A DNA stretch of 64,000 nt from positions 5,158,773 through 5,222,772 of the forward strand of contig CM119269.1 in assembly GCA_051294375.1 (NCBI GenBank), given 5' to 3'. The position numbers and the translations under genes are program-made. Shown here piece after piece: positions 15,052-27,350 of the stretch; positions within the stretch are counted from its first letter, which is position 1; each line of letters starts with the position of its first letter. Source of the stretch: Paraspadella gotoi (Eukaryota; Animalia; Chaetognatha). Below the pieces are notes generated by a model. It had not been told where the DNA came from. It saw only the letters and a list, made by a program, of their open reading frames with translations, and made no database searches.

Positions 15052-15574
15052 CTCTATCTATGCTATCTATCTATTATCTACTATCTATCTATCTATCTAT
15101 CTATCTACATGCTCAGTGTCTCTCGCTCTCTTTTTCTCTTTGCTTGCTTTATCCTTTCTATTCGTGCAGTGTCTATTCCTCTCTTTTTCCTTCTCTTTCG
15201 CTTCTTATCTTTTCCCATATTCATCAGTGTCCTTCGTCTCTCCTTTCTCGCTCTTTGATCATCCTTTGCTCTCTCATCCCTCTTTTTCCCGAGATCTTCG
15301 GTTCATGTTCATCTGCACTCTCTCTTGCACATCAAATCTCTTTCTTCATCTCTCTCTCTCTCTGCATCTCTCTCTTCTATCTCTTCTCTTCATCTCTCTT
15401 CTCTCTCTCCTCTGCTCTCTCTCTCTCTTCTCTCATCTTCTCCCTCCCCCACTTCATCCCACTATTTCTACTTTCTCTCGGCCCGATGGGGTTTTAGGCG
15501 ACAGACGGCAATTTTTAACAAGTTTGCCGATTGTTTCGTCGTCGTCGTCGTAGTCGGTCGTCGCTGTCGTCGTT

Positions 15575-16797
15575 ATGGAAACACGAAATAACATAACTTC
15601 GCTCGGGAGTGGGTGAAAGGCTATATCTCCATTAGAGACTTTGCCTCGCGTTGTCTTTTTCTCAACGACGGTCTCAGTTCTAGCATGTTCCCTTGATTCC
15701 GTCGATTGTTCTTGCTGCTACTCACTAAGGCGTAGTAAAATTTCTCAATTTAAGCTTTAATTAAAATTCTAAAGAGTGAGGAACGAACAACATTATACTA
15801 ATGAACATTTTAATGTAATAAAAAACATTTATAATAAATTTCTCAATTTACGCAGTAGGGCATATTTAATACTAGTAACTAAACCAATAAATGTTAAAAT
15901 TTCAAAAACAGTTTTTTCTAAGATTTTTTTGGCAGATTTGGATTCCGTTATATAAAGTGAATAAAAAGAAATATAACTCTTTTTGAAAAATTCCTTCATT
16001 TACTGGGTCAAAAATTAGAAAAAAGCCTATATTTTAAGCTGAAAATTTAACTTTTTATATATTAAATATAGTTTTTTAATTTTTAACCACTTAATGTAAA
16101 GAATTGGTAAAAAATGATAATATATTTCTTTTATCAACTTTGACGAGGAATTTAAATCTGCAATCAAAAAATTAAGAAAAGCCTATTTTTGGAAATTTTT
16201 TCAATTTTATAAGGATACGTACTATTATAAATATGGCCTAGATGGCGAAAATTAAAAAAACATAAAATTATTTTTTTTTTTACAAAATTAAATGTTCATC
16301 GATGTGTAAATGTTGTTCAATAATTGACTTTTAGAATTTTCGTATGTAACTTTCACTACGGCCTTACTACCACCCTTCCGAGCTCAATTCCTCTATCATT
16401 AAATCATATGTGTTACCGCTCTATTATACAACGCACTCCTATGATACTTCGTTGATTTTGTATGCATATTAATATTATATACTATAACTTTTCTTTTTTA
16501 ATTTTCCTCTCTTTCTCGTTCCTTTTTCATCTTTCTCGCCCCTCTGTTTTTCTCTCTTTCATTTTCTCCCTCGACTGCTCTCTCATTTTAATCCTCTCCT
16601 ACTTCTCCCTTTTTTTCTTCTCTCTCATCATTTCCTCTCTCACTCCAAAACTCCGCATGACTAAAAATCTATTAATATTTGCATAATCGATGAGCTTCAC
16701 AATTTTGACTTAAAAGCACTGATTATTTAAGGGACCCTCATAACTGTAATTCTTTTCCAATATCACACGAAAAAACGCTTACGTCTCTCTCTCTCAT

Positions 16798-16829
<32 letters not shown>

Positions 16830-17400
16830 TCTCTCCTCTCTCCTTCCGCAGTCCTGTCTGTCCCTTCGTTTTCCTATTTCCAAAACTGTTCATTCTCTTG
16901 GTTTTCGTCTCCTTTATGTGGGACTCTTCTTTTCCTTCACCTTTTCCTTTTTTCCTACAGATTTAAGTGGTTTTCAAGCCTCACTGAATTTCTCTTTCTT
17001 GTTTTTCATTCTCCTTGGAGCTTGAAGTGAAAATTAACGGACTCTATCTTCTCTGGTCTCTGTTCTCTCAGTCCTTCTCCTCGTCTCTCTCTCTCTCTCT
17101 CTCTGCTCTCTCATCCTCTCATCTCTCTCTCTCTCTCGTTTCTTCTCTCTTCTTTTTTTTTTCTCTGCGTCGTTGCCAATCAAGGTTTTCACGCATAATT
17201 AGAGATTTAGTGACGTTGATCAGTGATGATGGGCAATACATCACAAAATCAATTTATCATGAACAATTAAATCAGTATTCGAAATCTCATGCCACTTTAA
17301 AGTCAACTAATATTTTCGATGTCTGTCTTTTTATTACGGAAAAACTCTTTAAAACTCGTTCTAACTACTATTCTCAACAAACACCCGATACGAATTTTTG
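15575..17400 (+). CDS. Probable F-box/leucine-rich-repeat protein, multi-exon and frameshifted by sequence errors (copies start at 391 on +, 2804 and 8193 on -)
   Basis: After ATGGAAAC the reading GERPISPLETLPRVVFFS..SQFL(DM) resembles the F-box start (LxxLPxxvxxxIxxFL). Downstream segments ~16650-16780 ([25 protein letters not shown]) and ~16961-17050 after tttcctacag (DLSGF / SSLTDF) are LRR-like. Peptides are manual consensus readings across noisy copies. Confidence 0.45.
15763..16340. mobile_element. Foldback/MITE-like element: whole-length imperfect palindrome (other copies 1488-2037, 2064-2615 partial, 7431-8007)
   Basis: Ends AAAATTCTAAA(A/G)AGTGAGGAACGAACAACATT...ATGAACATTT and AAATGTTCAT...ATGTTGTTCAATAATTGACTTTTAGAATTTT are inverted. 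Inner arms also pair (gcagattt...gataaaagaaaatata...aaattctttcattaagtgggttaaaa vs ttttgacccactaaatgaaggaattt...tatattttctttttatc...aaatctgc). No clear TSD. Confidence 0.6.
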
Positions 17401-19145
17401 AATGTAGAAATTACAAAAGATCTAATAAACCCGTTGAAATAAGATATGCATAAAAAAAGAACCGTGGGATTAATTATTATTTACCGAATGAAGGACATCC
17501 TGGAAATTCAGAAAAAAACTCTTGAAGGATTTTCGCTTTGCATTCCTTCTTTCATTTTTCCATCTTTTCTTTCTTTCTCATTCGGCTTTTTGCCGAAAAA
17601 CAGTTTTTTCCCAACCAAACACCCTGTACCAGCCTGGCCAAAACATTTTTTCTCTTTCGCGAAAATCTCCGTCAAAAAAAACGCGCGAGAGAAACTCGTT
17701 CCCTTTTTTTTTCCGCTCGAAATTTAAAAAATTTTTTTTTTTTCCTCATAACTCAGCGTCTGCTTTTTTTAAGGGGGGGGCGATAGGGAAGGGGGGGAGA
17801 GTTTCCGCTCGGTGCCGTATCTGTCACGGAGAACGTTCAGGTTCACGTGATCCTTTTAGTTTTTGTTTCTATCTTTTTATTCCTTTCTTTTTTGGAAGTG
17901 GGTGGACCTGGGAATCGGTGAAGGAGGAAATGAGAATTACGGAAACTCGTTTTAATTTTATGTAAAAGAAAGTAAAAGGAAAGGAACGAAGGTAAGAAGG
18001 NNNNNNNNNNNNNNNNNNNNNNNNNGGTAAGAAGGGAAAGGAAGAAGGAAGAAGGAAGGAAGGAAGGAAGAAGGAAGGAAGGAAAGGAAGAAGGAAGGAA
18101 CGGAAAGAAGGAGGAAAGATAAAAGTAGAAGAAGCAAAGTAGGAAGCCAATAAAAACAAAATTGACAAATATTGAATAAGGAGAGAAGACCAAAAATAGA
18201 AAATTTGTTTTTAGGAAAGAAAAAAAAAAAAGAGTGAGAAAATCAGATCGAAAATCGAGAGTAGAAAAGTAAAAAAGGAATAAATGATGCAAACTGAAAA
18301 AGTAATAATACGAGATTCTTTTTTGGATGAAGGGATTAAAAAAACTTATCAACGAAGAATAATAATTTAAAAAAGATTAAAAAGAGGGAATAATGGGGAA
18401 AATTAGTGAGAATATTGTATTTAAAAAGAGAATTTTAAAAAATTGTAAGGCGAACTTTTTAATAAAAAGGACCAAAACATAAAAAGATGAAAGATCAAAA
18501 AAGATGAAAACAATTGAGAATATTGCGGTGATAAAATTAATAAGAAAACGAAAGAGCGAAGGGAGAAGAAAAACAAAGGGATAGATATTGGAAGGATCTG
18601 AAGAGATTTGAAAGCGTTGAAAAGTAAAAGTGAAAGTGAAAGTGCTGAAAGGGAGAAGAAAAGAAATAAGACGAGGAAATAGAAGAAAAAGTTTAAATAT
18701 GGAAGAAAGAGAAAGGAGAAAAGATGAAGAAAATAGAATACTAAAGGAAAAAGGGAATATAGAGAAAAGAAGCGGAAAAAGTATGAAACTTAGTGAGAGA
18801 CGAACGGGAAAGAAAAAAGATGAGGAGAGGAGAAAAAAATATTTAGGTGAAAGGAAAAAGAGAAAAAAGTAATAAAAAGAGAAAAGTTGAAGAGAATAGA
18901 AAAAAGAAACAAAAAGGAAAAATTTTAAAGGAGAATAGAAAAGGAGGAAAAAGAAAAGAAAAAAGAAGAAAAAAAAAGAAAGAATAGAAAGAGCGAACGT
19001 CCGAACAAAAAGCTGGATAGCGAAGTCGAAGGGAAAACCCGACGGAGCGAAGAATCGAAACGACGAAATAAAACTGGGAGAGAACACCGAAATGCAAACG
19101 AGAAGCCATATTATAAGAAAGAGAAGAAGAAGAGAAGAGAGAGAG

Positions 19146-19200
<55 letters not shown>

Positions 19201-19477
19201 TAATAAAAGGGCGGGAACGTCGGTCTCGAACGCGTCGCGTTTTTCTTTTTCTTCGTCGACGTTAAAATTAAAGAATCGAATCCGAGCGAAAACGAGAAAA
19301 ATAAGGGGGCGGGGGGGGGGTGGAGGGAGTGGAGAGGACTGGGGTTGAGCTAAAGAGATTGGTGTGTGAAAAATATATACTGATGGAAAGGAAAAGTAAC
19401 ATTTTAATTGCATGGAAAGGAGAGCATTCAGAACAGTAAGTATGAAATCCGTACAACCAAATGATAAATATGGACAG

Positions 19478-20084
19478 TAGGCGGGCCAAAATGAAACTTT
19501 TTATAACTTTAATTCTCATCAAATTCCTTTTTTTCTTCTATTCCAATGCGATTTTCAATGCCACACTTTTTGAATTAGTTCATTGGTTGTTGCACTCGAA
19601 GCTTTAAATATTTATTATTAATATAACAATGACAAAACATTTTTTAAAAAAAATAGTTTATAAGAACGGATTCCTATAGAGCTTGAAAAGTTAATGAAAG
19701 TTAGTACTGACAATTTTTTAAAAATTTTGACAAGAAATTGGTTAATAACAGCAAAAACGTTAAAAAAATCATCATCATCATCATCATTGGATGAATTTTA
19801 TAGTTTTTTAAAATTTTTAATCAATAAAAACAAAAAATTTAAAAATTTGTTTAATAACTTTATCTAGACTTTTAAAGCTCTATCGAGAAGTCCATTAAAA
19901 GAAAATTGGAAAATTCAAAAAAATTTGTTAATTTATATATGTAATAAATAATCTTTAAATGGTTCGTCGGCGCTTATTAATAAGGAGTAATTTTTTTTTA
20001 AAATATTTTATTTTCATATTCTCTAACAGTCACTTTATCATTATTATTTGAGAGAAACTTTCTAGTTTTCACTGTTCCGGCCTA
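19478..20084. mobile_element. 607-bp non-autonomous hAT-type DNA transposon (MITE) with 8-bp TSD ATGGACAG
   Basis: ATGGACAG at 19470-19477 and 20085-20092. Imperfect TIRs TAGGCGGGCCAAAATGAAACT and AGTTTTCACTGTTCCGGCCTA. Single-copy empty sites at 23610-23617 and 33428-33435. An 8-bp TSD and TAGG termini are typical of hAT elements. Confidence 0.85.
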
Positions 20085-20098
20085 ATGGACAGACATAC

Positions 20099-21950
20099 CG
20101 ACAGCGAACCGAAAAATCACTTATTGAAGTTGATTCCCGCGAGTACTATCGGCGTAACAAATAAGCAATAGTATTGATTAAATAATAATAAATAATAATA
20201 AGTAATGGAACTATAAGTCAGAGGTATCGGAAAAAATTTGAGAGGGTGGAATCCCTAATGACAATTCTACGTGGGGGAAAATCCAGGGGCGGAATCCACG
20301 TGGGACATCAATCCTCGTGTGCGGAATACTATGGGTGCAATTCATGTGGGCCGCAATACTACGTGGGCGAATCCTGCGACCACCGAGAAGGTCTATATCT
20401 TGGATTGAGGTGTGAAGGTGATATTCAGTGAAAAAGCTGGAAGAAGAAAAGAGAATGGAAGGGATAGCAAGAATAGATAGGAAATAGGAATAGGAATGGA
20501 TAGGATAAGGGAAAGATAGGAGGAGATATGGAGAATATACAGGGGGAGGATCGAGGGGAAATGAAGAGAAGAATCCCTCCGCAGATGCGAATAACAAAAG
20601 GGGGGGGAACATCGTCGCTCAACTTTTATCCTCAATATTTTAAATATAATTTTTTCTCTTTTACATTTTAAATAGCGAATGATAAAATCGAGCGAGGAAT
20701 ACAGAATCATTTTAGCAAACAGAGTTTGATAATTGGCAACACAATTTATTCAGAATGAGACGTACATGTTTGTATTCTCAAATGTTTAACTTCGATCAGG
20801 GTTTAAACATATTATTATATTGAAAAGTTATTTTAAACGGCTGATAAGGCTTGTACATAGAGTTCATGAAATTTCGAAAAATTGCGTTTTCCTTTTCTTT
20901 TCCTTTCGATTCTGTCTTGAGAGATTATTCTTATTTTCTTACTTTCTCTTATTTCTTCTTTGTATTTAGGTTGTTTTCTTCTTTTAATTTTCTTGAGTTC
21001 GGATTTTTTGTTTTTGATAATCAAATTATTATAATTTTTTTTTTGTTTCGTATAAATATTTTAAAATTTTTTTTTTTTGGTAGTAAATTTATACGATTTT
21101 TGTTTCATAAGGGAAACGGTCCTTTTTCCAAGTCATCGTATATATCATGAGCTTGGTTAATGAATAATACAAAGACCAATCACGAAGGGAAACTCGATAT
21201 AAGAATTACGATAAATATGAATTAGGAATTTAAAGCATTCGTATACTGGTGCAAGAGTTGACATAAAGCAAAATTATAAACACTCAATATGAATGAAATA
21301 ACTATCTTTGATCGACAGGCCTCTAAAATTTAATCGTCGGCATGCTACCATTTTGGGCCTCATTTCCCAGACCGGTCCATTTCATCCTTAATTCGAAATT
21401 AAGTTAGTTTTTAGGTATAAACTAGAGGGTTGAAGGTTAGGGTTAGGGAAAAAGATTGGGATTAACAATTCAGTTAGTTTAAGGATTATAGGATTGGGTT
21501 TCAAGTTAGGATTAGGGGATTAATCTTAATATAGGGTTAGGGCATCAGGGTAGCGGATTTGTATAAGATTAGAGTCAATAGGGAAGCCAGTACTCTGGGA
21601 GTGAATAAACGAGACAGTGAGAGAGTCTTGATTGAAGCTTGCAAGGGACCATGCTATGTCATTAATCTTGTAAAGGAGTGATGGAGGCCTTAAACCACCA
21701 AAGTCTGTCCAGTATGCCAACAATAGGGAAGATAAGCTTATTTATTAAATGAAGGATAATTTTTATATTGTTTGTACCAATTCCCATGGTTGAAGGAATT
21801 GAAGGAGAACGAAATCTGTGCTTTCAGAAAGAAGAGCCCATTTTTCCATCCCCTCTACCTTAGATTATTTCGTCGCGACTCTGAATTTACGCGAGTTGGG
21901 TTTTTTCTCTCCTCCAAAAAGTCGCCTCACCTCTCCTCACGCGGCGACGA
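20099..21950 (-). CDS. Multi-exon hypothetical protein (copies ~23624-25520 and ~33442-35450), possibly extending further on both sides
   Basis: Consensus exon peptides GIGTNNIKIILHLINKL..WTDFGGLRPPSLLYKINDIAWSLASFNQDSLTVSFIHSQ, FAYVNLARTNAL and GGRQGLRPRSIAPHAISPIVSAHGGL. The strand is supported by synonymous third-position differences against the paralog at 62-64 kb. Confidence 0.55.
21405..21575 (+). repeat. Degenerate TTAGGG/TTAGGA telomere-like tract in a probable intron (copies ~24965-25135, ~34855-35035)
   Basis: ggttagggttaggg...ttaggattagggg...tagggttaggg. Confidence 0.6.
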
Positions 21951-23281
21951 GGTCACTCTCTCTCCTCTCTCTCTCTAGTCTCTCCTCTCTCTCTCTCTCT
22001 CTCTCTCGTCTCTCTCGTCTCTCTCTCTCTCTATTCTCGCTCACGGCCGCGAAAAACCTTTTCACTTTCCGAGTTATTTATGTGACGCTGAGTAAGATCT
22101 GGAGGAAAGGAGGAGGAGGAGGAGGAGGAGGAGAGGTTGAGTGACGGGATCGAAAAAGGTTCAATGTAGGAGAAAGGAGCCGTAAAGGAGCCTGACATAA
22201 GGAAGGAAGGAAGGAAGGAAGGAAGGAAGGAAAGAAGGTAGGAAAGAATGAAAAAAGAGGAAGCAAAGTAGACAAAAAAAGCTTAAATATTGGGACAAAA
22301 TAAGGAGAGAAGACAAAAATAGAAAATTTGTTTTTAGGAAAGAAAAAAAAAGAAAGTGAGAAATCGAGAAATCGAGAGTAGAAAAAGTAAAAAAGGAATA
22401 AATGATCAAAACTGAAAAAAGTAATAATACGAGATATCTTTTTGGATGAAGGGATAAAAAAAAAACTTAATAACGAAGAATAATAATTTTAAAAAATTAA
22501 AAAGGGGAAAATGGGAGAAAATTAGTGAGATATTGTTTTTAAAAAGAAATTTTAAAAAATTGTAAGGCGACTTTTTAAATAAAAAGGACACAAAACATAA
22601 AAAAGATGAAAACATAAAAAAGATGAAAACATTGAGAATTATGCGGTGATTAAAAAAAATTAATAAGAAAAACGAAAAGCGAAGGGAGAGAAAAACAAGG
22701 GAAGATATTGGGAAGATGAAAGAGATGTTGAAAGCGTTGAAAAGTAAAAGTGAAAGTGAAAGTGTTAAAGGGAGAGAAAAAAGAAATAAGACGAGGAAAA
22801 TAGAAGAAAAAGTTTAAATATGGAAGAAAGAGAAAGGAAGAAAAGATGAAGAAAATAGAAATTACTAAGGAAAAAGAGAATATAGAGAAGAAAAGGGAAA
22901 AAAGTATGAAAACTTAGTGAGAGAGAACCGAGGAAAGAAAAAGATGAGGGAGAGGAGAAAAAATTTAGGTGAAAGGAAAAAGAGAAAAAAGTAATAAAAA
23001 GAGAAAAGTTGAAGAGAATAGAAAAAAAGAAGCAAAAAGGAAAAATTTAAAAAAGGAGAATAGAAAAGGAGGAAAAAGAAAAGAAAAAAGAAAAGAAAAA
23101 AAAAGAAAAAAGAAAAGAAAGAAGCGAGCGTCGAACAAAAAGCTGGAGACGCGAAGTCGAAGGGAAAACCCGACGGGCGAAGAATCGAAACGACGAAATA
23201 AAAACTGGGAAGAGAAACCGGAAATTGCAAACGATGTAAGCCAATATTAGTAAGGAAAAGAAGAAGAAGAGAAGAGAAGAG

Positions 23282-23329
<48 letters not shown>

Positions 23330-25520
23330 AGCGATAATAAAAAGAGGCGGACGTCGGTCTCGAACGCGTCGCGTTTTTCTTTTCTTCGTAGACCGTTAAA
23401 ATTAAAGAATCGAAATCCAGAGCGAAACGAGGAAAAATAAGGGGGGCGGGGGGGGGGTGGAGGGAGTGGAGAGGAATCTGGGGTTGAGTAGAAAAGAGAT
23501 TGGGTGTGAAAATAATACTGATGGAAAAAAGGAAAGTAACATTTTAATTGCATGGAAAGGAGAGCTTGCAAAAGAAAGTATGAAATCCGTACAAGCCAAA
23601 TGATAAAATATGGACAGACATACCGACCGACCGAAAAAAATCACTTTTGAGTTTTTGCTCCAGGCGAGTAACTATCGGCGTAACAAATAAGCAATAGTAA
23701 TGATAAATAATAATAAATAAAATAGTAATAACTAATAAGTCAGAGGTATCGGAAAAAAAGTGAGAAGGGGATAATCCTAGACAATTCTACGTGGGTAAAT
23801 CCCAAGGGGCGGAATCCCACGTGGGCACAGTCCTCCGTGTGTCCGGATAACTATGGGTGAAATTGCATGTGGCGCAATACTACGTGGGCGCAATCCTGGA
23901 CCACCCGAGAAGGGTTATATTTGGAGTTGAGGTTGAGGTGATAATCAGTGAAAAAGCCTGGAAGAGAATAAGTGAATGGAAGGGATAGAAGAATAGATAG
24001 GATAGGATAGGATAGGGTAGTAGGATTAAGGGAAAGATAGGAGAAGATATGGAGAAATATAAAAGGGGGAGGATGAGGGAAATGGAGAACGAATCCCTCC
24101 GCCAGAATGGCGAATAACAAAAGGGGGGGAACATCGTCGCTCAACTTTTTCCACAATATTTAAAATTAATTTTTTCTCTTTTACTTTTAAATAGCAATGA
24201 TAACATCGGAGCGAGAATAACGAGAATCATATAGAAACAGAGTTTTGATAAGTTGACAACAACAATTTATTTGCAGAATGAGAACGTTACATGTTTCTTT
24301 TCTCATGTTTAAGGCCTTCTCAGGTAAAACATAATTATAATATATTAAAATGTATTTTAACGCTGATCAAAGGGCTCAGTACATAGGAGTTGATGAAATT
24401 TCGAAATTCGCTATTTTCTTTTTTCTTTTTCTTTCGATTGTTTTGGAGAGATTTTCTTATTTTCTTATTCTCTTATTTCTTTGTCTTTGAGAGAAAAGAA
24501 AGTTTTAAACTTTTTTGTTTTCATCCAAGATTCATTTACGTTGTTTTCTTCTTTTATTTCTCGAGTTCGGATTTTTTGTTTGATAATAAATTTTTATAAT
24601 TTTTTTTTTGTTTCGTAATAAATATTTTATAATTTTTTTTTCTGGTAGTAAAATTTATACCGATTTTTGTTTCATAAGGGAACGGTCTTTTTCCAAGTCA
24701 TCGTATATATCATGACTTGTTAATTAATGAATACAAAGACCAATCACGAAGGGAAAACTCGATATAAGAATTACGATAAATATGAATTAGGAATTTAAAG
24801 CATTCGTACGTGCAAGGTTGACATAAGCAAAAAATGATAAAACACTAATATGAATGAAAAACTATCTTTGACTCGACAGCTCTAAATTTAATCGTCGGCA
24901 TGCTTACCATTTTTTGGCCTCATTTCCCAGAACGGTCCCATTTCATCCTTAATTCGAAATTAAGTTAGTTTTTAGGTTAAACTATTAGGTTGAAGGTTAG
25001 GGTTAGGGAAAAAGATTAGGATTAACAATTAGGTTAGTAATTAGGATTAAGGATTGGGTTTCAAGTTAGGATTAGGGGGATTAATCTTAATGACTAGGGT
25101 TAGGGATCAGGGTTAGCGGTTTAGTATAAGATTAGAGTCAAATAATAGGGAAGCCAGGTACTCTGGGAGTGAATAAACGAGACAGTGAGAGAGTCTTGAT
25201 TGAAAGCTTGCAGGGACCTGCTATGTCATTATCTTGTAAGAGTGATGGAGGCCTTAAACCACCAAAGTCTGTCCAGTATCCAAAATCAGGGGCAAGATAG
25301 CTTATTTATTAAATGAATGGATAATTTTTATATTGTTTGTACCAATTCCATGTTGAGGGATTGAGGAACAGAAATCTGTCGCTTTCAGAAAAGAGAGCCC
25401 ATTTTTCCCCTCACCCTTCCTCACCTTATGATTATTTCGTCGCGACTTCTTGAATTTACGCGAGTGGGTTTTTCTCTCCTCCAAAAAGTCGGCCTCACCT
25501 CTCCTCACCGCGCGAGGGCC

Positions 25521-25570
<50 letters not shown>

Positions 25571-25579
25571 CTCTCTTCT

Positions 25580-25616
<37 letters not shown>

Positions 25617-25651
25617 TCCTCCCGAAAACCTTTTTCACTTATCGAGTCTAT

Positions 25652-26586
25652 TATGACGCGAGTAAGAAACTGGAGAAAAGGAGGAGGAGGAGGAGGAGGA
25701 GAGGTTGAGTGACGGAGTCGAAAAGGTTCAATGTAGGAGTAAAGGAGCCGTAAAAGGAGCTGAATGGAAAAACGGGCCGAGTGGTCTGGTCGTCTCGAGC
25801 GAAAAGAAAGTATTAAAACTGAAGGAAGCCGTTCCAAGAAATTTCAGGTGGTTCCGAGGTTCTTTCAAATGGCACGAAGATTGACAAAGATTGATTTTTA
25901 ACGCGGCTTTGTTAAAATTAATGAAGCCACAAGGCTACTAAAGTCGTAAATCATATTTTTTTATATCTCCCTATTTGTCTCGGGCGAAGCTCTACAATTT
26001 TTTTTGCGAAATATTGAAATTCGAAAAACTGATATGGTCTTCGGACGCCACGTAGAATTAGTTGTCAGGGATATATATACTTTTCAGACACTTTAGTTTT
26101 TATTAAAATTAACATTTATCCAATAAAAATTTATGGTTATATATGTATATCTGTATATATGGTTAAAAATAAGAACGGATTATAACGAAAGAAGCAACCA
26201 GGCCTTTACTGTTTGTCTCTCTCGATCTTGGAAACAAAAGAAAATTAGTACTTGCCGCAATTTTTAAAAATATTTTCATTTAAGTCTTTTCTTTATTGTA
26301 TTCATTGTTTTAATTCTTTGCTTTCCTGCGCGTGAGTTTGTTCTTTCGATAATTCAAAAAATTTAGAAGAATACCAACTCAATTAAGAAATTCGTTTGTA
26401 TAAGAAACGGCGTTTTCTATTATTTTTTTGCCAAGAGTTGCCAGCGTCTGTTTGCTACCGACGAACAGGCTGGTAATAACTAACCTTTCTTCCTCCAGAT
26501 CCGCTGCCCGCTTCGCGGATTTTTCCGCAGTCTCATCAGAATCCTGCACAACACAACACTCCTCCTCGTCTCCACCCCGTTTGTAC

Positions 26587-26621
<35 letters not shown>

Positions 26622-26776
26622 CTCTCTCTCGTTTCTCTGTCTTGGCGCGCTGGGGACAGATTATGACCCGAGAATTCCAGATGCCGAGATATGATGAGGT
26701 TTTGAGGTTTTCTCGAAGAAGAGGAGTATGAGTTCAGTATAATTAATGCTCCCATACAGCGTCGCGATACTGTTTA
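25652..26776 (+). CDS. Hypothetical multi-exon protein, strand not certain (copies from ~22080, 35583, 30350)
   Basis: ATG followed by a GAG/GGA run and the reading ELNGKTGRVV. The candidate last exon reads RWGQIMTREFQMPRYDEVLRF(L)EEEEYEFSIINAPIQRRDTV-TAA after one indel correction. Antisense frames are also partly open. Confidence 0.3.
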
Positions 26777-26989
26777 AAGGATAACTCATTAATATCAATA
26801 TTTTTCATTTAAAAAAAAAATACGCTGATCATTTACAATCGGTGGGCGAAAATAACTGAACTCGCCTGACCGCTCAATCGTCAATCTCCCGCCAAACGAT
26901 CAATCGAGACCGTTTCTTCATCCAAAGCACAAATTTACTTGCGTAAAAAAAATAGAATCTGCGTCTGCATTATATTACTTTTTATTACT

Positions 26990-27308
26990 CATCGTTAAAT
27001 GTTTCAAACTCAATCTAACTCGTCCGGTCGGCGCGTGAGTCCGCTCTTGCTGGTCCTCCCGTCCGCGCGGCCCATAACGACCTTCTACTAACTTTCCCAG
27101 TTTCAACTGTTGCAGGTGCATCGCGCTCATTGTCTCGCGCTCCTCTTTCTCTCCTCCCCGCTTTTTTTGTTTAATTGATGGCGTTTGCGGCTGCGGCGGC
27201 GGGAGCGGGGGGCGGCCGACGTTGATGGCGGTCGAGATAACGGCGGTGGAAGCAGCGTAGCACGTTTTAGCGACGCGATTTGTACCCGAGTCGACGCTCG
27301 TCGGCTAA

Positions 27309-27350
<42 letters not shown>

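Larger units (their letters stand above)
6606..17168. repeat. ~4.8-kb inverted repeat (6606-11423 vs 12253-17168). The spacer 11449-12252 is itself a copy of 17169-17990 and 31093-31930.
   Basis: Colinear reverse-complement identity of all landmarks (GATA tract, GC island, foldback element, exons). Differences are mainly 1-2 nt indels. Confidence 0.9.

Noticed and set aside
6606-17168. Extrachromosomal rDNA-type palindrome or chromosome-end hairpin
   Set aside because: No rRNA sequence or terminal telomere array is present, the centre contains an assembly gap and a displaced flank copy, and the arm differences look like read errors.
19383-21730. Plus-strand gene (MEK..IAWKGE.., poly-Asn, GKPGTLGVNKRDSERVLIEACKG) with the MITE as its intron
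   Set aside because: These readings are largely antisense shadows. Synonymous-site conservation with the 62-64 kb paralog favours the minus strand, and the plus-strand GT-AG splice would shift the frame by one base. It is kept only as a minor alternative.
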